Positions 19,827 to 31,300 of a stretch of 64,000 nt of DNA are shown here, piece after piece. The stretch is taken from contig VEND01000074.1 of the NCBI GenBank assembly GCA_009711765.1, positions 6,835 to 70,834 of the forward strand, given 5' to 3'. The notes beneath the pieces are model-generated. The model did no database searches, had not been told where the DNA came from, and saw only the letters and a list, made by a program, of their open reading frames with translations. How positions within the stretch are numbered: the stretch's first letter is position 1; every line of letters begins with the position of its first letter. The stretch comes from Bacillota bacterium. Its GTDB lineage: Bacteria > Bacillota > Clostridia > Tissierellales > MES13. A program made the position numbers and the translations under genes.

Positions 19827-20138
19827 CTAACCATTAATCTTTTCTATAGTTACTTTTGTATAAGGCTGACGATGTCCTTGCTTTCTTCTATAATCTTTTT
19901 TAGCCTTGAACTTATAAACGATAATCTTTTTACTTTTACCGTGTTCAACAGCCTTAGCAGTTACATTTACACCTTCTACATAAGGTTGGCCTATCTTTAC
20001 ACCATCGTCATTTGAAACTAATAAAACTTTGTCAAATTCGAAGTTATCTCCTTCTTTAACATCTAACTTTTCAACAAATAATGTTTCGCCTTCTTGTACT
20101 CTGTATTGTTTTCCACCAGTTTCTATTACAGCATACAT
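19827..20138 (-). CDS. rplU: 50S ribosomal protein L21
   Basis: [14 protein letters not shown]...GHRQPYT; start 20138 after GGAGGTG. Confidence 0.98.
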   Translation of the reverse strand: MYAVIETGGKQYRVQEGETLFVEKLDVKEGDNFEFDKVLLVSNDDGVKIGQPYVEGVNVTAKAVEHGKSKKIIVYKFKAKKDYRRKQGHRQPYTKVTIEKING

Positions 20139-20159
20139 TACTAACAACACCTCCTCAAA

Positions 20160-20214
20160 CCAGTCTCGCCGATTATAGGTAATTTGCTTTTAAAAACCTC
20201 AATCGAGCGGCTAC
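20160..20214 (-). ncRNA. L21 leader (cis-regulatory RNA)
   Basis: GC-rich structured 5' UTR GCCGCTCGATTGAGGT...ACCTATAATCGGCGAGAC between promoter and rplU RBS. Confidence 0.7.
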
Positions 20215-20226
20215 TTACAAAATAAA

Positions 20227-20255
20227 ATTCTATCAGAAGCAAAACCTTTTGTCAA
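20227..20255 (-). promoter_or_regulatory. Sigma-A promoter of rplU
   Basis: TTGACA-17 nt-TAGAAT with TG extension. Confidence 0.8.
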
Positions 20256-20259
20256 CTAA

Positions 20260-21750
20260 TTATATATTATTTTTTTTATCCTTTATTTTCCCCATCTTTT
20301 TTACCTTCATATCATTTAGATTTATAGAACTATCTCCTTTAATATATAATTCTATACTATATTTTTCCTTTAAACTAATTAAATAATCACTATATTTGTC
20401 TTCTAAAATATCACAATTAAATGGATTTAATAAAAATTCTACAGTTTCTATATTAGTGTGAATATTTATTCTCTTTATTTCATTTTCTATTTTTTTAATA
20501 AGAGTATGCTCTGAATAAACCTTACCTGTTCCACTACAACAAGGACAATCCCTAAGCATTTTTGAAGATAATCTCTTTCTATTTTTCTTTCTAGTCATTT
20601 CAACTAATCCTAATTGGGTCATTCCTAATATTGTTGACCTTGTTCTATCCTTTTTTAACTCTTTTTCTAAAGTTTTTAATACTAACTTATCATCAGCTTG
20701 ATTATTCATATCTATAAAGTCAATAATTATTATTCCACCAATATTTCTTAACCTTAATTGTTTAGCTATTTCCTTAGCAGCTTCAAGATTTGTTCTAACC
20801 ACAGTATGTTCTAAATCAACACTTCCTACAAATTTACCAGTATTTATATCTATAGAAGTTAAGGCTTCTGTTTCATCAATTATTATATATCCTCCACTTT
20901 TAAGCCAAACCTTTCTTTCTAAAGCTTCATTAATCTTTCTTTCTATTCCATACTCAACTAATACATTATGACTATTTTCATATAGCTCTACCCTTGATTT
21001 TAAGTGAGGAGAAATTAAATCTACTAAATCTATTAAACTATTGTATTTTTCTTTGTCATTAATTATTAATTTATTAGTATCTTTTGTAAATAAGTCTCTT
21101 ACTGTCCTTTGTACTAAATCTAAATCCTTATAAATAATCCTTGGTGCGAAACCTAGATTTCTTTCATTTTCAATTTTATAATATACCTTTAAAAGAAAAT
21201 TTAAATCATCCCTTAAATCCTTCTTACTTTTCTCCTCTGCTGCAGTCCTTAATATTATACCCATATTATTAACTTTAATCTCTTCTGCTAAACCTTTAAG
21301 TCTTTCTCTTTCCTCATCCTCTGTTATACGTCTTGATATGCCAACATAATCAGTAAAAGGCATTAATACAAGATATCTCCCTGGTAGTGTTATATGGGTA
21401 GTTATTCTTGCCCCTTTAGTACCAAAGGGTTCTTTAACCACTTGTACAATTATATCTTGTCCTTGTTTAACCACATCTTTTATAGATATGTCCTTTAAAT
21501 TTATATCTTTATTATCCATTATATCCTTAGGTATTGCATCTTTAACATAAAGAAATGCATTTTTTTCAAGTCCTATATCTACAAAAGCTGCTTGCATTCC
21601 AGGTAATACATTTACTACTCTACCTTTATAGATATTTCCAAGGACTCTTTTATTATCTCCTCTTTCAATATAAAATTCTACTAAATCCTTATTTTCTAGT
21701 ATTGCTACTCTATCTTGATTTACCCCTACATCAATAATAATATCATTCAT
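20260..21750 (-). CDS. rng: Ribonuclease E/G family
   Basis: GNIYKGRV.NVLPGMQAAFVDIG, TEALTSIDINTG, LRLRNIGGIIIIDFIDM, CPCCSG. Confidence 0.96.
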   Translation of the reverse strand: MNDIIIDVGVNQDRVAILENKDLVEFYIERGDNKRVLGNIYKGRVVNVLPGMQAAFVDIGLEKNAFLYVKDAIPKDIMDNKDINLKDISIKDVVKQGQDIIVQVVKEPFGTKGARITTHITLPGRYLVLMPFTDYVGISRRITEDEERERLKGLAEEIKVNNMGIILRTAAEEKSKKDLRDDLNFLLKVYYKIENERNLGFAPRIIYKDLDLVQRTVRDLFTKDTNKLIINDKEKYNSLIDLVDLISPHLKSRVELYENSHNVLVEYGIERKINEALERKVWLKSGGYIIIDETEALTSIDINTGKFVGSVDLEHTVVRTNLEAAKEIAKQLRLRNIGGIIIIDFIDMNNQADDKLVLKTLEKELKKDRTRSTILGMTQLGLVEMTRKKNRKRLSSKMLRDCPCCSGTGKVYSEHTLIKKIENEIKRINIHTNIETVEFLLNPFNCDILEDKYSDYLISLKEKYSIELYIKGDSSINLNDMKVKKMGKIKDKKNNI

Positions 21751-21802
21751 ATAACCTCTCCCAAAATAATTTTATAATAATATGGGATATCCCCCCTAAT
21801 TT

Positions 21803-22507
21803 TTATACAGGTGTAACTATCTCTCCATTCTTCTCTATAAATAAATCTAACCTCTGAATTTTTGTCTCATCATCAATAAGTTCAATATTCTCTTTATTCT
21901 TAATTTGCTCTACTAATACTTCTGGTTTTAAATTCCCTGCACTTCCTGTTCTTAAGGTTGTTTTTATTATAGCTTTGTTCTCCTTTAAAATTAAAATAGA
22001 AATATCCTTTATATTAGGTCTAATATTTACCTCTCTAGTTATAACTTTCTTTCTCTTTTTCTTTGTTTTAGTTATTAATATTTCTTCTTTACTAAGTATA
22101 TCATCTATAATAGATTGCATTTTATCCTTTGTTATAGATTTAAAATTAAGTTCTATTACATAAGTTGACCATCTTAATAAAGCCATTAAAGATTTCTTAG
22201 ATTTAGTATATTTAGCTTTTAAAATTTTAATTCCCTCTGGTAATATTTCATTCATTCTGTCAATAAAAACATCCGGGTTTATATCTTTTATTAATTCTAC
22301 ATCCATATACTCTCCATCACTAGACACTCCGACAGCTAAAGCAGTTGCAAAGGAAAATTTAGGATGCGGATTATAACCTTCAGAATATTTAACTGGTATA
22401 TTAGCCCTTCTAAAGGCTCTTTGAAATAATCTCATTAAATCTAGGTGAGATATATACTTAAGTTCATTCCCTTTTTTAAATTTAACTCTTAATGTCTTCA
22501 TTAGCAA
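21803..22507 (-). CDS. Radical SAM-linked protein (TIGR03936/DUF2344-like)
   Basis: KYISHLDLMR.FQRA.RRA.IP..YSEGYNPHPK; overlaps the radical SAM gene. Confidence 0.9.
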   Translation of the reverse strand: MLMKTLRVKFKKGNELKYISHLDLMRLFQRAFRRANIPVKYSEGYNPHPKFSFATALAVGVSSDGEYMDVELIKDINPDVFIDRMNEILPEGIKILKAKYTKSKKSLMALLRWSTYVIELNFKSITKDKMQSIIDDILSKEEILITKTKKKRKKVITREVNIRPNIKDISILILKENKAIIKTTLRTGSAGNLKPEVLVEQIKNKENIELIDDETKIQRLDLFIEKNGEIVTPV

Positions 22508-24351
22508 ACACCGCCTGTAAACTTCGTATTAATACCACATCCTGTACATCCTTCTCTACAATCCTTAGTTAATTCACCTTTTAGCGCTTTCTCATTTTCC
22601 TTTATTAAATATTTTTTAGTCACTCCAACACTTATAAAATCCCAGGGTAATATTTCATCATAATCCCTTTTTCTATTAGCATAAAAACTTGGGTCTATAT
22701 CTAATTCATCAAAGGTTTGTTTCCACTTTTCATAATCAAATATATTTGACCATCCATCGAATTTACATCCTTTTTCCCATGCTTTAATAAGCACTTCACA
22801 TACTTTTCTATCTCCCCTTGCAAATACTCCTTCTAAAAAGCTTAACCTAGCGTCATGTGTATTAAAATTAACCTTTCTATCTTTTATAATATCTTTTAAT
22901 AAGTTCTGTTTTTCTTTAAATTCATCAATAGTATCTTGAGGATGCCATTGAAATGGAGTAAAGGGTTTTGGTACAAAGCATGATGCGCTACTTGTCACCC
23001 TTAAATTCCCTTTTCTCTTTTCCCTTGGTAACTTAAAGAATACTTCCTTAACCTTATAAGAAAGGTCTTTTATCCCATATACATCTTCCTTAGTTTCAGT
23101 TGGAAGTCCTATCATGAAATAAAGTTTAACTGTTGACCATCCTAACTCAAATGCATTTTTAACTGAGTCTATTAAATTCTCTTCTTCAATACCTTTATTT
23201 ATAACATCTCTTAATCTTTGTGAACCTGCCTCTGGAGCAAATGTTAATCCAGTTTTTCTTATCTTTTGTATCTTTTCTATTATTTCAAGTGAAAAAGAAT
23301 CAAGTCTTAAAGAAGGCAATGCTAAACCTATTCTTTTTTCTTTGAATTCATCTATTAATTTAGTTACTAATTCATCTAATCTAGAATAGTCACTAGTACT
23401 TAATGAAGATAGTGAAATTTCTTCATGTCCTGTAGCATCCACAAGTTTTTTTGAAAGTTCTAATAAGCTCTCTACACTTCTTTCTCTAACTGGTCTATAA
23501 ATCATACCCGCTTGACAGAATCTACATCCCCTTGTGCACCCTCTAAATATCTCTAGCATTATTCTATCATGAACTATTTCTACGTAGGGTATTATTAACT
23601 TTTCAGGATAGTAAGTATCATCTAAATTCTTAATTATTCTTTTTTTAATAACTTTAGGATAACTTTCTTTTTTAGGTATTCTTTCCTTTATGGTTCCATC
23701 TTCTTTGTAGGTAACTTCATAGAATGAAGGAATATAAACCCCTTGTAGTTTACTAATTCTTTCAAGAAAATCTACTTTATATTTATTTTCTTTTTTCCAC
23801 TCCTTATGGATTTTCATAATCTCTAGAATTAATTCTTCTGATTCTCCAATAACAAAAATATCCACTATTTCTGATAAGGTTTCAGGATTATAAACGCAGG
23901 GACCTCCTGCTATTACAAATGGATCTTTTTCTTTCCTATCTTTTGATCTTATAGCTATATCACCTAGGTCTAACATGTTTAATATATTTGTATAACTCAT
24001 TTCATACTGTAATGTGAATCCTATAAAGTCAAAATCTTTAATAGGACTTTTAGTTTCTAATGAAAATAAAGGTATATTATTTTTTCTTAATTCATCTTCA
24101 AAATCAACCCAAGGTGCAAACACTCTTTCACAATAAATACCTTTTTCCTTGTTTAATAGATTATATAGTATATGCAAGCCTAAATGTGACATTCCTACAT
24201 CATATATATCAGGAAAAGCAAATGCAAATCTAGTATCTATATCATTTAAATCCTTAATAACAGAATTTTGTTCTCTACCAATATATCTACCTGGTTTTTC
24301 CACTTTTTTTAATATTTTATCTAATATTTCTTCGTTAATCAAATATATCAC
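22501..24351 (-). CDS. B12-binding-like radical SAM protein (TIGR03960-like)
   Basis: VEKPGRYIG.E, FPD.Y.VGMS, RGCTRGCRFCQAG (CxxxCxxC), C-terminal CREGCTGCG. Confidence 0.92.
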   Translation of the reverse strand: MIYLINEEILDKILKKVEKPGRYIGREQNSVIKDLNDIDTRFAFAFPDIYDVGMSHLGLHILYNLLNKEKGIYCERVFAPWVDFEDELRKNNIPLFSLETKSPIKDFDFIGFTLQYEMSYTNILNMLDLGDIAIRSKDRKEKDPFVIAGGPCVYNPETLSEIVDIFVIGESEELILEIMKIHKEWKKENKYKVDFLERISKLQGVYIPSFYEVTYKEDGTIKERIPKKESYPKVIKKRIIKNLDDTYYPEKLIIPYVEIVHDRIMLEIFRGCTRGCRFCQAGMIYRPVRERSVESLLELSKKLVDATGHEEISLSSLSTSDYSRLDELVTKLIDEFKEKRIGLALPSLRLDSFSLEIIEKIQKIRKTGLTFAPEAGSQRLRDVINKGIEEENLIDSVKNAFELGWSTVKLYFMIGLPTETKEDVYGIKDLSYKVKEVFFKLPREKRKGNLRVTSSASCFVPKPFTPFQWHPQDTIDEFKEKQNLLKDIIKDRKVNFNTHDARLSFLEGVFARGDRKVCEVLIKAWEKGCKFDGWSNIFDYEKWKQTFDELDIDPSFYANRKRDYDEILPWDFISVGVTKKYLIKENEKALKGELTKDCREGCTGCGINTKFTGGVC

Positions 24352-24394
24352 CCTTATCTATGAGTTTCTTATTTCAATCTTAAATTACATTTTA

Positions 24395-25276
24395 TCATTT
24401 TTTCTTATTAATTAACAACTTTTCTAAAGTTACATAGATACCTAAATCCATTGCTCCTTTAATAAGTTCTTCCTCATTTAGTGTTCCCAGTTGAGTACCA
24501 GAATTATCAATAACTATTATAATATGATACTTCCCTGGTAAAAAACTATCAAGTATAGCTTTAATAGTTACTGATTTTAAACCTACTAAAAAATGAGCTT
24601 TCATAACACCTTTTTTTAGTATTCTTTCTTTTTTTGTAAGTATCTGTTTAATGAATATAAAAGCTGCCATATCCTTTTCTTTTCTGGCAGCGATAACTAT
24701 ATATACCCCAAGTAAAATCATATATATACCTTCATTTTTTTTAAATACATTTAAACTTCCATAAATTATTGTTAATGTTGAAATAACATATGTAAGTGTC
24801 ATTATAACTTTTGTTGCTAATTTAATACCAATATTGTAAGAAAGAATACCTCTAATTATCCTACCACCATCTAACGGTAAAACTGGAAGCATATTTAATG
24901 TAAAAAGAAATAAATTTATTCTAACTATATATTTTACCATATATATACTTACAAAGCACTCATTAATTATTATAAAAATTATTGCAATTATTAGATTAGA
25001 TAATGGTCCCATTATACAAGTTAAGATTTCTTTTTTAGGATTGTCACTTATAAAGGATTTTAATTTTATAAAACCCCCAAAGGGCAATAAGCATATTTCA
25101 TCTATTTTTATCCCTTTTTTTACTGCCATTATTATATGTGAAACTTCATGTATTATAAGTGAAAACAATATAATGAAAACGTCAAATAAATATCCAATAT
25201 ATATATATATTGCTAGTAGTATTATAAAAAATATATTTATTTTTATTTTTATACCTTTAATAGTTATTAAAGTCAT
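24395..25276 (-). CDS. spoIVFB: M50 intramembrane metalloprotease
   Basis: HEVSH, GP.SN, NMLPVLPLDGGR, CBS-like tail. Confidence 0.88.
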   Translation of the reverse strand: MTLITIKGIKIKINIFFIILLAIYIYIGYLFDVFIILFSLIIHEVSHIIMAVKKGIKIDEICLLPFGGFIKLKSFISDNPKKEILTCIMGPLSNLIIAIIFIIINECFVSIYMVKYIVRINLFLFTLNMLPVLPLDGGRIIRGILSYNIGIKLATKVIMTLTYVISTLTIIYGSLNVFKKNEGIYMILLGVYIVIAARKEKDMAAFIFIKQILTKKERILKKGVMKAHFLVGLKSVTIKAILDSFLPGKYHIIIVIDNSGTQLGTLNEEELIKGAMDLGIYVTLEKLLINKKK

Positions 25277-25287
25277 TAGTAAAACAC

Positions 25288-25992
25288 CTATGTTAAGACT
25301 ACATCATGTAAAAATTCTATCTTTTTCATAGGATTAACCGGAGAACCACCTTCCCATATTTCAAAATGGAATTTAGTTTTATTTATATTATTAATACTAC
25401 CTATCTTTTCTCCTGATTCAACTTTATCTCCTATCTCCACATAAATAGCATTCATACCTCCATAGTATGCTTCGATATTTCCATGTCTTATCTTAACATA
25501 ATTACCATATACTAAATCTTTTCCTTTTTCTATTACTACCCCTTCTGAAATAGCTAATACTTCATTCCTATTAGGTATTATATCCACACCTTTATTAAAT
25601 ATTTCAACACCATTAGATTTTGGCACCTTTCCAAAACTTTTATATATTTCACCTGTTACTGGAATAATAAATCCCTCTTTATTTGAATCTTCATTAAAAA
25701 CAGAAATCCCCTTCTTAGGTACATCTATTATTTTTTTTGTATATTTTAAAGTAAACTCTTTAACCTTAGTTATTTCCATGTCATAATTAATTGTCTTATC
25801 TACAAGTTCAATTGCTGTTTTTGTTATGTTAGTATCTAATTTTTTAATGAAAATTACCATTAAAACTAATATAATACTTATTATTATTTGTTTTAATCTT
25901 CTTTTATAAATATTTTTATTATTTTTAGTATTATACCCTGTCTTTACTCTTAAAGATCTAGTCTTATTATTAATAATTTTTCTCAAACTCAT
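25288..25992 (-). CDS. spoIVFA: M23-like membrane protein
   Basis: Single TM, degenerate M23 domain (NKGVDI, FHFEIW..G.PVNP), directly upstream of spoIVFB. Confidence 0.75.
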   Translation of the reverse strand: MSLRKIINNKTRSLRVKTGYNTKNNKNIYKRRLKQIIISIILVLMVIFIKKLDTNITKTAIELVDKTINYDMEITKVKEFTLKYTKKIIDVPKKGISVFNEDSNKEGFIIPVTGEIYKSFGKVPKSNGVEIFNKGVDIIPNRNEVLAISEGVVIEKGKDLVYGNYVKIRHGNIEAYYGGMNAIYVEIGDKVESGEKIGSINNINKTKFHFEIWEGGSPVNPMKKIEFLHDVVLT

Positions 25993-26103
25993 AATAGCCC
26001 CCCTATCTTACTTTTGTAAAATTATTTATTATAATAATATTTAAATTTCACACTTTTTATTACAAAAGTAAAACACAGCAAATAAAAAATAGCACTTAGT
26101 GTG

Positions 26104-26502
26104 CTATTTTTTCACAACTTTTCTCCAAGACATATCTCCTCGTTCTAAAGCTTTTATTAATATTTCCGCTGTTCCTATATTGGTAGCTAATGGAATATTA
26201 TGAACATCACACAATCTCATTAATGCTAATATATCTGGCTCATGGGGTTGAGCTGTTAAAGGATCTCTTAAAAAAATAACTAAGTCCATTTGGTTTTCAG
26301 CTATTTTAGCTCCTATTTGCTGATCTCCCCCTAATGGTCCTGATAGTACTCTAAATACATCTAGTCCAGTAGCTTCTATTATTCTTTTGCCTGTTGTACC
26401 AGTAGCATATATATCATGTTCTTTAAAAATTTCCTTATAGGCCAGTGAAAAATTTACAATGTCCTTTTTCTTTTTATCATGGGCTATCAAAGCTATTTTC
26501 AT
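26104..26502 (-). CDS. mgsA: Methylglyoxal synthase
   Basis: [33 protein letters not shown]. Confidence 0.98.
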   Translation of the reverse strand: MKIALIAHDKKKKDIVNFSLAYKEIFKEHDIYATGTTGKRIIEATGLDVFRVLSGPLGGDQQIGAKIAENQMDLVIFLRDPLTAQPHEPDILALMRLCDVHNIPLATNIGTAEILIKALERGDMSWRKVVKK

Positions 26503-26536
26503 GACTTTCCTCCTAATTAAATATCAAGCCTGTAAG

Positions 26537-26815
26537 TTATTGTTCATCCTTCATTTTAAGTATTGGAATATTAGCAACTAATGCTGGTATTGATTCATCA
26601 TCACTTTCTCTTTTAGTTCTAGTAAACTTCATATCTAAGCCTTCCTCATCTATTACCATATAATCAGATATAACTCTTATAATATCCCCTTTTATCATTT
26701 CTAAGAAGCGAGGTGATACATTTGTTCTATCATGTATTAAAACTAACTTTAATCTCTCTTTCGCTACACTCTTACTATTCCCATCGTTTTTACTAAATAA
26801 TTTGAACAAATCCAA
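26537..26815 (-). CDS. minE: Cell division topological specificity factor
   Basis: SKSVAKERLKLVLIHDR, ALVANIPI; TTG start 26815 after AAGGAGG. Confidence 0.95.
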   Translation of the reverse strand: MDLFKLFSKNDGNSKSVAKERLKLVLIHDRTNVSPRFLEMIKGDIIRVISDYMVIDEEGLDMKFTRTKRESDDESIPALVANIPILKMKDEQ

Positions 26816-26834
26816 CTCTATTCCTCCTTCAATT

Positions 26835-27629
26835 TTATTTTCCAAAAAACATTTTTTTGATCTTTTTAAACATTCCTTCATCCGCTTCTAAATCTAATAA
26901 TTCTATTTCCTGACCTGTAATTCTCTTTGTTATGTTTCCAAAGGCTTGTCCTGCTAAGGCATTTTCATTAGTTACTACAGGCTCTCCTCTATTAGTGGAA
27001 ATTACAATTGATTCATCATCTGGTACTATTCCTAAGAGTTCTATGGCTAATATGTCTATCATATCCTCTATATTCATCATATCTCCTCTATTAACCATAT
27101 CTTGACGTATTCTATTAATTATTAACTTAGGATTGTATATTCCCTTTGACTCTAATAGACCGATAATTCTATCAGCATCTCTTACTGCAGATATTTCAGG
27201 TGTAGATATTACAACTGCTTTATCAGCTCCTGCTATAGCATTTTGAAATCCTTGCTCAATCCCAGCTGGACAATCAATAATAACATAATCAAACATTTCT
27301 TTAAGCTTTTCACTTAATTCCTGCATTTGTTTAGGTGATACTGCTGTTTTATCCTTAGTTTGTGCAGCTGGTAATAAATATAATCCTTCATACCTTTTAT
27401 CTTTTATTAGACCTTGTTTTAATCTACATACCCCTTCTACGACATCAACGATATCATATACTATTCTATTTTCTAAACCCATAACAACATCTAAATTTCT
27501 TAAACCTATATCAGCATCAACCACTACAACTTTTTTACCAAGCATAGCAAGGCCAGTTCCTATATTAGCTGTAGTTGTAGTTTTACCAACCCCACCTTTT
27601 CCTGATGTAACTACTATAACTTCACTCAT
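26835..27629 (-). CDS. minD: Septum site-determining ATPase
   Basis: SGKGGVGKTT, DADIGLRNLD, DCPAGIEQG, amphipathic C-terminus. Confidence 0.98.
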   Translation of the reverse strand: MSEVIVVTSGKGGVGKTTTTANIGTGLAMLGKKVVVVDADIGLRNLDVVMGLENRIVYDIVDVVEGVCRLKQGLIKDKRYEGLYLLPAAQTKDKTAVSPKQMQELSEKLKEMFDYVIIDCPAGIEQGFQNAIAGADKAVVISTPEISAVRDADRIIGLLESKGIYNPKLIINRIRQDMVNRGDMMNIEDMIDILAIELLGIVPDDESIVISTNRGEPVVTNENALAGQAFGNITKRITGQEIELLDLEADEGMFKKIKKMFFGK

Positions 27630-27651
27630 TTAAATCCTCCTAACTAATACA

Positions 27652-28284
27652 TTATTTTTTTTGTGAATAAGGTATAACCACTACTATATCATTTTTTATT
27701 TTTGCTATTTCTGGAATTAAAGGTGATGATATCTCACCATCTGGAGACCTAGCAATAATATCTGCAATCCTAAGTTGCATAGATTTTAATCTAAAAGCAA
27801 AGATAATTGCATCTCTATTTCCATCACTCCCTGCATGGGCTATTCCTCTAAGATTACCTAATACTACAATATTTCCCTTTGCTTTTATAACTGCTCCAGG
27901 GTTAACATCTCCAAAGATTACAATGTTTCCATCATACTCAATACTTTGACCAGACCTAATTGTCGTCTTAACAAACTTAGTTTCCCCTTCCTTTATGCCC
28001 TCAAAGAACTCTTTACTATTTGTCTTTTCAATCTCTTTAGCTTCTTCTTTTTTACAGTCTATTTTTAACCCATATTTTTCATTAATTATAAATCTTAACT
28101 CATTTTCTTCCTCTTCAGTTAAATCTCTACCTTTAAAGTTTATTACTTTTCCTCCTTGAAAAAAATTCTTCGCCTTTTTTAATTTAGCATCTAATTGTTT
28201 TTTTATTTCCTCAAATCTTCCTTCATTGATGTATATATACAATCCATCAGTATTTCCCTTAAAAACTACTAGATTTTCATCCAT
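27652..28284 (-). CDS. minC: Septum site-determining protein
   Basis: TIRSGQ..GNIVIFGDVNPGA...GNLRGIAHAG; start 28284 after GGAGG. Confidence 0.96.
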   Translation of the reverse strand: MDENLVVFKGNTDGLYIYINEGRFEEIKKQLDAKLKKAKNFFQGGKVINFKGRDLTEEEENELRFIINEKYGLKIDCKKEEAKEIEKTNSKEFFEGIKEGETKFVKTTIRSGQSIEYDGNIVIFGDVNPGAVIKAKGNIVVLGNLRGIAHAGSDGNRDAIIFAFRLKSMQLRIADIIARSPDGEISSPLIPEIAKIKNDIVVVIPYSQKK

Positions 28285-28324
28285 TATGTATACCTCCAAA
28301 TCAAAATGCTACCATATTCTTAAT

Positions 28325-28351
28325 ATTCTTCATATGTAGTTTAATTCCTTC
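28325..28351 (-). promoter_or_regulatory. Sigma-H-type promoter of minCDE
   Basis: GAAGGAATT-11 nt-GAAGAAT; B. subtilis minCD also has a sigma-H promoter. Confidence 0.7.
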
Positions 28352-28387
28352 TTAAAATGTTAAAAAAAATAAATTGAAAAGATAGTC

Positions 28388-31300
28388 CTATCTTTTCAAT
28401 TTATTTTTAAAGTCTATCTTCTCATTTTTATTATTTAATCCTAAATATTGAGCTATTACTTCCCTTGCTACAGGACCTGCATATCCTCCATGACCACCTT
28501 GAAAAATTATAGTAGATACAGCTATCTGAGGATCATCATAGGGAGCAAAAGCAACAAACCAAGCATAATTATCATATCCTGTTGCTTGGGCAGTACCTGT
28601 TTTTACTCCTACTTTAACTGGAAAATCTTTAAATATCCTTCTAGCAGTACCATCTTCTGCTGCCATATTCATTCCCTTTTTAATAACGTTAAAGTATTCT
28701 TTATTTAAATCTAACTCTTCTATAATCTCTTCTTTTCCTTTAACTATGGTATTTCCATTATAATCTTCTAACTTATCAAACACACTTACTCTATGCCTTA
28801 CTCCATCACTTGCTAAAGTAGCTATATAATTAGCTATTTGTATTGGAGTATATCTATTTTCCCCTTGTCCTATTGATATATTAAATTCATCGGCTAGTCC
28901 AAATTTAACATTTCTAAAGAAAGTGTATTTTATATAATCTGTTAAAGTAAATTCTCTACCATTAAATTTAAGCTTTTTATATGGATCTAAACCAAGTTTT
29001 TCTAATTTATTAATAACTCCACCTCTAGTTAAATTTAAATCCCAAGTAGATACTTCCTTTACCAATTCATCTGCCTCTGTATTTGTAAGACCATCCTTTA
29101 ATTTGTCTTTATTACTATATAAGAAGTTTTTAAAACTTCTCTTTGCTATCACAGATTTAGTATCCTTGCTAGGGACTCTACCAGCTCGTTCCCCTGGTAT
29201 TTCAAGCCCTGTTTTTTCGTCTAAACCAAACTTTTTAGCAATATATGTTATATCTTCTAAATCCACCTCAGCGCCTATATTTCTTTCAGTCCTTAAATTT
29301 TTTCCTGCTGTTAATGTAAAGAAATAAAAGTTACAAGATTCTTTAATAGCTTCATACATATTAGTTGCACCATGTATTCCACCATAATCATTATATATCC
29401 AACAACCAAAGGTCTCTCCACCATATTCTAAATATCCTAATGCATTAATATTTTTATTTGGGTCCATTCCTTTATTAAGTCCTGCTAATCCAGTAACCAT
29501 TTTAAATATAGACCCTGGTTGGACTGCTGTTCTCATTGCTATGTTTCTAAGTGGTCTTGGTGCTAATCTATCATCTTCATTTTCTGGTTTTAAACTTTCC
29601 CAATCCTCTAAAGAAATCCCTGTTGTAAAAAGATTAGGATCATAGGATGGATAATTGGCCATAGCCAAAAGCTCTCCTGTTTTTACATCTATAGCTACTG
29701 TAGCTGCAGAAGTAGCATTTTTAAGTTTTCTTGGCCCGTTTTCACCCTTTTCTTCTGTATAATTATAATCTCCCCATTTACTTTTATATTCTCCTGCACT
29801 TTGAATTTCTTCTAGGGCATATTTTAAGGAATCTTCAGCTACCTTTTGAAGCTCAGCATCGATAGTTAGGTATAGATTATTACCCGGGATAGCCTTTTCA
29901 CTATCTATTAGATTTAAAGGATTTCCAACTACATCTACCTCTACTTTTTTATAACCATCCTTACCCTTTAATTCACTTTCATATCTTTGCTCTATTCCGG
30001 TCTTTCCTATTATATCATTTCTTGTATAACCTGAATTTGGGTTATCTAAATATTTATCTATCTCAAAGGGTTGACTTATTTTTCCTAAATATCCCAAAAT
30101 ATGTGCAGCGGTTTTTCCCATTGGATAATCCCTTGCAGGTTGCACTTCTACTTTTACTCCGGAAAACTCATAACTATTTTCTTTAATCTTAGCAAAAGTC
30201 ACATCCTTAACTCCATAGGCTATATTAACTGGTTGATATCCCCTATAACCCTGTTTATTAAGTTGTTCGTTCATAAGCAATATAAATCTTGCTTCATAAT
30301 TACTTAATTTATTATTAATTTCCTTTGCTTGTCTTAACTTTAAAAATGCATCCTTTGCTGTAGTAGTATCAGTCATGCCTAAACTTTTAAATTGACTTAG
30401 CCAGCTTTCTTTATTAATAATCGGTGTGTATTTCCATTTCGCTACCGATATTTTAGGGTTGATTCCAGAATTTAAAATTTCCTTTTGAGAAAAAACTTTA
30501 ACCTTATCATCTGTAAGTACTTTTTTAACTATACTTATAGATTCTTTTGTTTTTTTATCTTTTACTTTAGTTTTCAACGATAAGTCAATCAAATGTTTCA
30601 TAGATTCTTCATTTTCTTTATCTTTGTACTTAAAACTTACATATCCATCATTTACTGATATATCTATTCCTGGGTCTAGGCCATTATTTTTAAGCTCTTC
30701 TATAAACATTTTCCCTATTATTAAATCTTTTTTACTATCTTTATTATCTAACGTATATACATTAGATAATAAATTATATATAATTGACTCTTCATTACTA
30801 GATTTATATTTATTAAGAATAATACTTATAAAATCATCCTTAGCTGATGAATCTATTGTTATAGAATTAATATCCATTAAACTTCTTTTTAAATCTCTAT
30901 AATCTTCATCATAACTATAGTATAAATACTCTATTTTAAATTTATCTGCTAAACCATTATTCTTTAATACTTCATATGCTTTTAATCGTATTATTGGGTG
31001 TTTTAATAAACTTCTAAGAAGCGTTTCATTTGTTAAATGTAATAAAGCGTCTTTAGGCTTTAAATTTGATACATTTTCCTTACTTCTCCATTTATCTATA
31101 TTCTCTCCGTAATAATTAAAACTAACTTTTCCATTTTTTAAACTTATATCTATAGGGATATCCGTGCCATCACCTTCTAAAATAAGTTTTGCTCTCTCTG
31201 CTGTTATAAATTCATAATTATTTAACTCTGTCTTGTTTGTATAATAGGTTTGAAATAAACTATCCTCTAGATTATGTTTTTCTAATAAATTAACTACTTC

